25,690 bases of DNA, taken from NCBI GenBank assembly GCA_043754515.1, contig JAYUUO010000255.1:1-25690 (forward strand), written 5' to 3'. This document shows positions 18,748 to 25,690 of this stretch, in pieces (the first letter of the stretch is position 1; the number at the start of each line of letters is the position of its first letter). Below the pieces are notes generated by a model, which made no database searches, was not told where the DNA came from, and saw only the letters and a list, made by a program, of their open reading frames with translations. The stretch is from Armatimonadota bacterium. GTDB lineage: Bacteria; Armatimonadota; Armatimonadia; Armatimonadales; Armatimonadaceae. Both the position numbers and the translations under genes were made by a program.

Positions 18748-20103
18748 TCAGGAAACTAACTCTTCGTGCCGCTTCGGGGGCAGACAGACGCGCACTTTGC
18801 GGATGCGCCGCCCGGTCATTTCGGCGACTGTGAACGTCGCCGCGCCGTAGCGTAGCGCGTCCCCGATGCGGATCGGCAGACTGGCACCGTGCCGCGCCGC
18901 GAGCAGTAGCCCGCCGACCGTTTCTATCTCCGATTCTTCTTCGGGGCCGAGGAAGTCCAGCGTGCGGCGCAACTTGTCGAGCGGCATCCGGGCGTCCACC
19001 AGGTAGCAGTCCGTGCCGACCGGCTCCAGTTCGGGCGAGGTGCGGTCGAACTCGTCCTGGATGTCGCCCACGATCTCCTCAATGATGTCTTCAACCGTGA
19101 CGATACCGGCGGTGCCGCCGTACTCGTCCACCACCACCGCCATGTGCCGCTTCTCGCGCTGGAAGTCGCGGAGCAGGGCGTCAATCGGGCGCGTTTCGGG
19201 GATGCGCGGCAGGGTTCGGGCGATGCGCCGCAACTGCTCGGCGTCGTCGGCGACCGTGCGCCGGTGGGGCAGGGCGAGAAGGTCCTTGATGTGTATCATC
19301 CCCACGACGTCGTCGGGCGAGCCTTTCTCACAAAGCGGGTAGCGCGTGTAGCCGCTCTCCTCGGCGGCGAGAATGTTGTCGGCAACGCTGCGGGCGGTGG
19401 ACAGAAACACGACGTCGGGGCGTGGCACCATCACCTCGTCGGCTTTGCGGTGCGCGAAGTCGAGCACCCGGTTGATCAGGCTCTGTTCGCTTTCCTTGAT
19501 CTCGCCGCTCACCCGGCTCGCGGAGACGATCAGGCGGAGTTCTTCCTCGGAGTGCGCCCCGCCCTCGTGCTCGCCCGCCGCATCCAGTCCGAACGGCTTG
19601 AGCACCAGAGTCGCTAGACGGTTCATCCCCGCGATGGGCATCTTGAACAGGCGGTAAAAAAAGTCGAGGGGGTAGATGATCGCGAGCACGGTCTGCTCGG
19701 AACGCTGGATGGCGAACGACTTCGGGGCGAGTTCGCCCAGCACAATGTGTAGCACCGTGATCACGGTGAACGCGATGCCGCCCGCGATGGCGTGCCGGGC
19801 GGTCTCGAACACCCCGCCGTGGATCAGCGGCTCCAGTAGATGCGCGAAGGCGGGTTCGCCGACGAAGCCCAACCCCAGGGACGCGAGCGTGATCCCCAGT
19901 TGCGTCGCGGACAGGTAGGCGTTGAGGTGCCGCACCGCATCCAGCGACTTCTGCGCGCCGAACTGCTTTTTCGCCGCCAGTTCCTCCAGGCGAGTCGCCC
20001 GCACTTTGACGAGCGCGAACTCGGCGGCGACGAAGAAACCGTTCAGGAGTACCAGAAACAGGGCGAATAGTAAAAGGAGCGCGGAACGCACGCCGTCCGA
20101 CAT
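18748..20103 (-). CDS. Hemolysin family / CNNM (DUF21-CBS-CorC_HlyC) Mg2+/Co2+ transporter
   Basis: NGFFVAAEFAL, LSATQLGITLASLGLG, GELAPKS, VMVPR, YTRYP, VVDEYGGTAGIVTVEDIIEEIVGDIQDEFD. Confidence 0.93.
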   Translation of the reverse strand: MSDGVRSALLLLFALFLVLLNGFFVAAEFALVKVRATRLEELAAKKQFGAQKSLDAVRHLNAYLSATQLGITLASLGLGFVGEPAFAHLLEPLIHGGVFETARHAIAGGIAFTVITVLHIVLGELAPKSFAIQRSEQTVLAIIYPLDFFYRLFKMPIAGMNRLATLVLKPFGLDAAGEHEGGAHSEEELRLIVSASRVSGEIKESEQSLINRVLDFAHRKADEVMVPRPDVVFLSTARSVADNILAAEESGYTRYPLCEKGSPDDVVGMIHIKDLLALPHRRTVADDAEQLRRIARTLPRIPETRPIDALLRDFQREKRHMAVVVDEYGGTAGIVTVEDIIEEIVGDIQDEFDRTSPELEPVGTDCYLVDARMPLDKLRRTLDFLGPEEESEIETVGGLLLAARHGASLPIRIGDALRYGAATFTVAEMTGRRIRKVRVCLPPKRHEELVS

Positions 20104-20154
20104 AAGATTTTCTCACGCCCATTGTACCCGGAAAGCGGTCGCCACTCGCGGGCT

Positions 20155-20532
20155 TTATGTGTCGGCGGTCACGGGGCGTGGTTCGTCGCGCGACGCCTCG
20201 CGCTCCGCACACCGCTCCGTCGTGTTCAATAACAGGATGCGCGCGGTCGCCTGCCCGACCGGCGTGAGCGGTGAAATCGTGCCACCCGCCCTGCGAAAAT
20301 GTTCATCCCACACGTCGGAGCGCGGGTTAAACAGCCGCGTCACGGTGCCGCTATCGTCGAACGGTCCTACATCACTACCCTTGTTATTAGTGGCAGACGT
20401 AAGCGAGGTTGTTGGCATCGGTGGCCCCGCCATGTTTCCGCGCGACAATGTGATTAAGCCCGCGCGCCGGTTCGGCTTTCTCACCAGGCGACGTAGCGGC
20501 ATCGAAAAGTAGGTATAGTACAACTTGCTCAT
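20155..20532 (-). pseudogene. Degenerate HNH endonuclease
   Basis: The main frame has LRRLVR and NNKGSD..LFNPRSDVWDEHF..LTPVGQATARILLLN. The HNH core HIVARKHGGATDANNLAYVC is in another frame (about 20460-20390). The CxxC zinc ligands are missing. Confidence 0.75.
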
Positions 20533-20667
20533 GAAGCGATTCTACCGCGAGAACCCCGTGCGCCGTCCGGTCATTCTGTCGGGCGGGGGCGGCGGACGCC
20601 ACTCCGCGCCCGTGACAATTATCGGGGGCGCGTCCGCGAGATGGCTGACATGAAGACAGGATCGGTT

Positions 20668-21666
20668 CTAGCGCAACAGCCCCGACTTGCGGAGCGTGGT
20701 GAGGAGTAGCTCCTCGACCGGCGCGTCGGTCGAAACGCGCAGGTATTCCATCCCGTACTTCGCCGCGACGGTCTCCAAACGCCCGCAGAACGCCGTCAGT
20801 GCCGCCTGATAGCGCGTCAGCAGTTCGGGCGTCACCGACACCTCGCGTGCGTCACCCGTCTCCGCGTCCACCAGGCGCAAATCGCCGACCAGGGTCGGGC
20901 TGATCTCCTCCGACGAGAGGACGTGGAGTAGGACCACCTGGAACCGGCGCGCGAGCAGTGCCTTGACCCCCTTCTCCCAGTTGGGATCCATGAAGTCGGA
21001 GACTACGACGCAGACGCCGGAGGACTGGGCGCGGCGCGCGTAGTCCTGGAGCGCGGCAGAGAAATCGGTACGCCCGCCGGGGCGCATAGCCTGTAAGTAG
21101 CCGAACAATTCCGGCACCGCGCGGCGCCCGCGCAGGGTCGGCGTCCGCCCTGAGGAAACTAAGCGTGAAAGCGGGTTGCCCTGGGCGAAGCCGGTCACGC
21201 CGACGCGGTCGTAGCGGAGCAAGCCGACGTAGCCGAGAGCCGCGACCGCTTTGCGGGCGAACGAGAACTTGGTGGTTTGAACAGGCGTCTCCCCATCGGG
21301 ACCCCCGTAGTTCATGCTTTCGGACACGTCCAGAAGCAGGTGGATGCCCATATCCTCCTCCGCGACGAACAGTTTCACGAAAAGCCGTTCCAGCCGCGCG
21401 TATGCCTTCCAGTCTACGTAGCGAAGATCGTCGCCCGCCGTGTAGTCGCGGTAGTCCGCGAACTCGAGCGATGCCCCGCGCCGGTTGCTACGCCGCTCCC
21501 CCTGCATCCGCGCGGTTGGGGCGCGTTCCGCGCCGAGCGCGATGCGTTCCAACTTGCGCAGGAAGCCCGGCTCCAGGAGCGGCGCGTCCGTGCGCTTCTC
21601 CACTACCACCGGTTCCTTTTCCACCGCGACGCGGGCGGCGAACGCCGCGCTTACCAGATTGATCAT
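20668..21666 (-). CDS. DUF58 (vWA-like, MoxR-associated) protein
   Basis: GASLEFADYRDYTAGDDLRYVDWKAYAR, LLLDVSESM (MIDAS-like DxSxS), VVVSDF. Exact start uncertain. Confidence 0.92.
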   Translation of the reverse strand: MINLVSAAFAARVAVEKEPVVVEKRTDAPLLEPGFLRKLERIALGAERAPTARMQGERRSNRRGASLEFADYRDYTAGDDLRYVDWKAYARLERLFVKLFVAEEDMGIHLLLDVSESMNYGGPDGETPVQTTKFSFARKAVAALGYVGLLRYDRVGVTGFAQGNPLSRLVSSGRTPTLRGRRAVPELFGYLQAMRPGGRTDFSAALQDYARRAQSSGVCVVVSDFMDPNWEKGVKALLARRFQVVLLHVLSSEEISPTLVGDLRLVDAETGDAREVSVTPELLTRYQAALTAFCGRLETVAAKYGMEYLRVSTDAPVEELLLTTLRKSGLLR

Positions 21667-21685
21667 GCGTTAATTCCGCCTGCGA

Positions 21686-22243
21686 TCAGGCATTCCCTTC
21701 GTCGTCGAACGGGTCCGGCAACTCCTCGTCCGCCCCGCCCTCGATCATCCGCGCCGCACGGATATTTTCCAGCCGGAACATCCGGTGGTCGCGGCGCAGA
21801 GAGCACTCGCCCTCGAGATACCAACCGTTCCCCCGCTCATAGATGTTCGATATTTCGACGCGCCGCGTCGACCATTCGTTCCGGCTGGCGACGTAATATT
21901 CGATCTCCGCTACGCCGGAGGAACGCCACGCCTTTTCCAGCAGACGGCGCGTGTGCGCGACCTCCGTCATGGGGGAGAATTCGCCAACCGATTCGTCGCT
22001 CGCGCCGCCTCCGAAGTTGGCACGGGCGAGTGTTTCGGCCAGAAGCAGACGAAGTTTATCCGACGCGTTCACGAGGAAGTCGGGGATCTCCGCCTCAATG
22101 CGGGCGGCCGCGGATTCCAGCACGTCAGGCGCGACATCGGGGGCCGTCCCCTCGCGCCGGAGCAGGTCACGCACGAGGCGTAGCACCGCGAGCGTCGCGG
22201 CCGCTTCGCCCGTGGATAAAGGAACGCGATAGAAGTCGTCCAT
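21686..22243 (-). CDS. WYL-domain protein lacking the N-terminal HTH and C-terminal WCX domains
   Basis: IEYY..SR..STRRVE...GWYLEGECSLRRDHRMFRLENI. AGAGGAG RBS before ATG 22243 (185 aa). Acidic tail. Confidence 0.85.
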   Translation of the reverse strand: MDDFYRVPLSTGEAAATLAVLRLVRDLLRREGTAPDVAPDVLESAAARIEAEIPDFLVNASDKLRLLLAETLARANFGGGASDESVGEFSPMTEVAHTRRLLEKAWRSSGVAEIEYYVASRNEWSTRRVEISNIYERGNGWYLEGECSLRRDHRMFRLENIRAARMIEGGADEELPDPFDDEGNA

Positions 22244-22269
22244 TAGAATGCGGCTCCTCTCGGTCCGCC

Positions 22270-23604
22270 TTACGCGGATTCGCTGGGGGTCCGGTCGTCC
22301 GCGTCCGTGAGTAGCCGCTCTACCTGCCCGCGCCACTCACTGTGCGGATAGATGCGCAAAAACTCGCGGAAGACCACGGCGGCTTCGCGCGGCTGGTTCA
22401 GTTTCGTCAGGTGCAGTTTGCCCAGACGGAAAAGGCCGTTCTCGGCCTCCTTCGTCTGCCCGTGGTTGCGGCACAGGTCCGTCAGGGCGCGGTCTGCTAA
22501 CGGCAGTTTGCCGTTCTCCTCGCACGCCCCGGCGATGCGCGACAGAAGGGCGGCCGGGAGCGGGAACGTCTCGAACGCCGAGCACGCGTCGCCGTACGTG
22601 CCCGCGACCGCCGCCGAGTTTTCGCGGGACGGGGCGGCTTGCAGGTACAGGCGCAGTGCCTCCACGAAATGCCCGTGTGCGTTCCCACTCTGCCTTAACT
22701 TGACGCAGACCCGCCCCAGAGCGCGGCGCGCCCCGGCATCTTCCGGCTTCTCTGCCAGGTAGCGGTTATACAGGTTCGCCGCGTCGAGCCACCGGTCCTC
22801 GTGGCTAGCCGCTTCCGCATCCTCCAGGGTGTACTCCCGCCGCGAGTCGTCTTTGACCTTGAGCGGGATCGCGATCAGCGCACCGAACAACAGCCCACCG
22901 ACATGCGCCCAATTCGCGACCGAGTTGGTGTCCCCGGCGTCCGCGAACGCGCGTACCCCGGTCATGATCTGGTACAGCGCGTAGAACCCGATCACATACA
23001 CGGCGGGGATGGTGAACACCAAAAACACCCGCAACTTCGCCCGCCAGAAGCGCACCGCGAACAGCCCGAGTACCGCCGCGATGGCACCTGACGCCCCGAC
23101 CAGGGGCGCGTCCGCGGCACCGGAAAGGAGCGGCGTCGCTGCCAGGGCGACATGGAGTAGCCCCGCCATGAACCCACCGCCGACGTAGAAAAGCAGGTAT
23201 TCCCAGCGCCCCAACGCGTCCTCGATGTGCGGCCCGAACAGGAGCAGGAACAGCATATTGAAGAACAGGTGGTCCCAGGTACCGTGCATAAACAGGTGGG
23301 TGAACAGGGTCAGCAGACTCGGGGCGTGCGGCACCAGGCCGAACCGCTCCGCGATAGGGGCGGATACCTGCGCGCTCATCAGCCCGAAGTCGTTGCTCTT
23401 CACCGTGAGCAGGAAGACCAGAATATTCGCCAGGATTAGGCCGAGCGTGACGAACGGCAGGCTATCCCAGCCGCTCGTGTCCCGCTTCCGCAGGGGAATA
23501 GGCGGGGCGAGTAGGGGCAGGAGTATTAGGATAACAACAAGGTAAATAACCCACATCGTTGCTTGTTTCGTCGCTTGTTTCGTCTCATTAACCGCGGGGC
23601 GCAT
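22270..23604 (-). CDS. Rhomboid intramembrane serine protease fused to a C-terminal TPR-like domain
   Basis: HLFMHG..HLFFNMLFL, catalytic GASGAIA and AHVGG, then helical repeats ending FREFLRIYPHSEW. Alternative start at ATG 23556. Confidence 0.9.
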   Translation of the reverse strand: MRPAVNETKQATKQATMWVIYLVVILILLPLLAPPIPLRKRDTSGWDSLPFVTLGLILANILVFLLTVKSNDFGLMSAQVSAPIAERFGLVPHAPSLLTLFTHLFMHGTWDHLFFNMLFLLLFGPHIEDALGRWEYLLFYVGGGFMAGLLHVALAATPLLSGAADAPLVGASGAIAAVLGLFAVRFWRAKLRVFLVFTIPAVYVIGFYALYQIMTGVRAFADAGDTNSVANWAHVGGLLFGALIAIPLKVKDDSRREYTLEDAEAASHEDRWLDAANLYNRYLAEKPEDAGARRALGRVCVKLRQSGNAHGHFVEALRLYLQAAPSRENSAAVAGTYGDACSAFETFPLPAALLSRIAGACEENGKLPLADRALTDLCRNHGQTKEAENGLFRLGKLHLTKLNQPREAAVVFREFLRIYPHSEWRGQVERLLTDADDRTPSESA

Positions 23605-23652
23605 CGGTCCCGAGGCCGCCCCTGGAGCCGACGCCCGCGTGTTCGGGCGATG

Positions 23653-24687
23653 CTAGAGTTTCGGTAGCCCCGCGCGTTGCCAGTCACTGACGTGCGACAC
23701 GATGCTTTGTACCACGTCGGTGGGGTTGACTCCTTCCGCCTCGCCCTCGAAGTTGAGCAGGATGCGGTGCCCGAGGGCGTTCGCGGCCACGGCGATGATG
23801 TCGTCAATGGCGACGTTGTAGCGGCCCGACAGCGCGGCGCGCACCTTCGCCGCAAGCACCAGAGACTGCGCCCCGCGCGGACTCGCCCCGACGCGGACGT
23901 ATTTTTTGACCATATCAGGCGCGGTACTGTCCTTCGATGGGTGTGACGCGACGACAAGTCCGGAAGCGAAATCACGGACGTGCGGGGCGATCAAAATCCC
24001 GCGCACCCAGGACTGCATTTCGATCACCTCCGCCTCGGAGATGACTTTGTCCGCGCCGCTGACCCCAGTGCCGGTGGTGCGGTCCACGATCGCGGATAGC
24101 TCGGCGAGCGACGGCGAGGGGACGTTTATCTTAAACAAGAACCGGTCCATCTGCGCCTCGGGGAGCGGGTAGGTGCCTTCCATCTCGATAGGGTTCTGCG
24201 TCGCGAGCACGAAGAACGGCGCGGGCAACTGGCGGGCGGTGCCGCTCACGGTGACGCTGTGTTCGGCCATCGCTTCCAGGAGCGCGGCCTGCGTTTTGGG
24301 CGTCGCCCGGTTGATCTCGTCGGCGAGCAGGATGTTTGCGAACACGGGACCGGGCACGAAGCGGAACGCGCGGTGCCCCGCCTCGTCGTCCATGTAAAGC
24401 GTGGTGCCGGTTATGTCGGCGGGCATCAGGTCGGGCGTGAACTGGACGCGGGCGAACTGCAAGTCCATCACCTGCGCGAGGGTGCGCACGAGCAGGGTCT
24501 TGCCGAGTCCTGGCACGCCTTCGAGCAGGACGTGCCCGCCCGCGAGCACCGCGACCAGCACGCCGGTCACGATCTCGGTCTGCCCGACGATGACGCGGGC
24601 GATCTCGGATTGTATGCGGGCGGCGCGGTCACGGAACGTCTTCGCCTGTGCTTCGATGGTTTCGGGGGCGGTCGCGGGGATAGTCAT
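23653..24687 (-). CDS. moxR: MoxR family AAA+ ATPase
   Basis: Walker A GVPGLGKT, RVQFTPDLMPADITG, Walker B LLADEINRATPKTQ, ATQNPIEMEGTYPLPEAQMDRF, GASPR. Confidence 0.95.
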   Translation of the reverse strand: MTIPATAPETIEAQAKTFRDRAARIQSEIARVIVGQTEIVTGVLVAVLAGGHVLLEGVPGLGKTLLVRTLAQVMDLQFARVQFTPDLMPADITGTTLYMDDEAGHRAFRFVPGPVFANILLADEINRATPKTQAALLEAMAEHSVTVSGTARQLPAPFFVLATQNPIEMEGTYPLPEAQMDRFLFKINVPSPSLAELSAIVDRTTGTGVSGADKVISEAEVIEMQSWVRGILIAPHVRDFASGLVVASHPSKDSTAPDMVKKYVRVGASPRGAQSLVLAAKVRAALSGRYNVAIDDIIAVAANALGHRILLNFEGEAEGVNPTDVVQSIVSHVSDWQRAGLPKL

Positions 24688-24695
24688 TTATCTGG

Positions 24696-24729
24696 AGTAT
24701 ACGCTACCGCGGGCGTTCGCGGTATAGCG
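24696..24729 (-). promoter_or_regulatory. Putative -10 box with adjacent inverted repeat upstream of moxR
   Basis: TATACT on the minus strand (24701-24696), 8 nt before the ATG. Palindrome TACCGCG-N6-CGCGGTA at 24705-24724. Confidence 0.5.
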
Positions 24730-24902
24730 GCTCGCTCCCTCCCGCGCCCCCGGCCCGATACGGCGGGCGCGAGAGGCGGGCGCGTCGCGGCCGAGCGGTG
24801 CCCGCGGCCGGCGGGAGTTGGGTCCGCGCCTCGGGCTCCCGCCTGGCCCGAAACCGGAGGAGCCTCGCCCAAAGAGGCGCAAAACCCGCCCGCCCCTCAT
24901 CC

Positions 24903-25690
24903 CTAAAGGTCGTAAGAGAAGTATTTCTCGTACGCGCACCCGAACTTGCTCTCCTTGTCGAAGACGATCTCGGGATTGCCCTGGACATACTTGCTGTGGC
25001 CGTCGAGGAACGTCAGGTTCGCGCCGCTCCCCTTGTGGCGGAACTGCCCCTCGCAGCCGTAGCGGGTGCGGACGTACACGCCGTCGCGCGAAACGAGCGT
25101 GTAGCCGTCGGAGATGTTCGCCGTGCGAGAGACTTCCTTGATGTCGGCGAGCGCAAGGGAGTTGAACGTCGTGTTGTCGTCACTCCACCCCGAGCCAGGG
25201 TAGTGGGCATAGAGGAAACCGGTGCCCGTCTTGTCGCAGTCAGAGGAGAGGGGGTAAAAGTCCGCGTTCCGGGCGATGCCGTAGTGGGACAGGTAGTTCG
25301 ACTCGCTCGGCGCGGGCACCTCGTTCGGCGCGTATCCACCCGCCGCCTCGTGGCTACCGGGAGTGCCGTTCCCGTCGCAACGCGCATCGTCGAGTGCCTT
25401 GATTTGGCGTCCTTCGTCGTAGCTAGGGCAGAACAGCAGTTGCTGGTTCTTCAGATACGGCTGGAGGAGTTCCGTCCACGCGCCCTGCTTCTGACTCGCG
25501 ATGGGGTCGGCACTCGTAGCGGAGTTACTCTTGAAGATGTTGTTCGGAACGATGGTCTCGTCGTAGTCCTGCGAGTACATCATCTGCGCGGTGCCGATCT
25601 GCTTGGTGTTCGAGAGGCAGGCGGTCGCGCGGGCGGATTCGCGGGCGGAGGCGAACACGGGAAATAGGATCGCCGCGAGGATGGCGATTA
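24903..25690 (-). CDS. DUF1559 / prepilin-type N-terminal cleavage protein with H-X9-DG motif, partial (5' end outside the window)
   Basis: IAILAAILFPVFASARESARATACLSNTKQIG, MYSQDYDE, and C-terminal RHKGSGANLTFLDGHSK. Confidence 0.92.
   Translation of the reverse strand, partial: IAILAAILFPVFASARESARATACLSNTKQIGTAQMMYSQDYDETIVPNNIFKSNSATSADPIASQKQGAWTELLQPYLKNQQLLFCPSYDEGRQIKALDDARCDGNGTPGSHEAAGGYAPNEVPAPSESNYLSHYGIARNADFYPLSSDCDKTGTGFLYAHYPGSGWSDDNTTFNSLALADIKEVSRTANISDGYTLVSRDGVYVRTRYGCEGQFRHKGSGANLTFLDGHSKYVQGNPEIVFDKESKFGCAYEKYFSYDL

Noticed and set aside
17043..22314. Long alternative-frame ORFs (17043-18104, 19328-20212, 21277-22314)
   Set aside because: Arg/Pro/Gly-rich shadows expected in high-GC DNA, overlapping well-supported genes.
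24730..24902. GC-rich inverted repeats between DUF1559 and moxR as a terminator or ncRNA
   Set aside because: A stem is possible (about 24806-24848) but there is no U-tract or known RNA motif; not distinguishable from chance at this GC content.

Overview
GC-rich bacterial chromosomal window, probably Armatimonadota. This is an inference from a DUF1559/H-X9-DG prepilin-like gene, a Gly-rich exported protein and DUF5693-csaB next to an outer-membrane beta-barrel. The left part (1-10.5 kb) is a cell-envelope glycan cluster: acyltransferase-3, two RfbE-like SDR paralogues flanking a GT-C (GT39-like) membrane protein, GT2, GT4, DUF5693 and csaB. Next is a ~1070-codon signal-peptide/beta-barrel gene with SprA-like repeats, broken by one in-frame TAA. 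Then come a PhyH dioxygenase, a Gly-rich exported protein and glnD (divergent, sharing a promoter region with a 24-bp tandem repeat), a CNNM/HlyC transporter and a decayed HNH nuclease. A minus-strand operon MoxR AAA+ > rhomboid-TPR > HTH-less WYL > DUF58 follows, and a partial DUF1559 gene ends the window. The best candidates for undescribed biology are the MoxR/rhomboid/WYL/DUF58 operon, the SprA-like barrel beside csaB, and the SDR pair in which one copy has Phe at the catalytic Tyr. No CRISPR array, tRNA, rRNA or transposase was seen.
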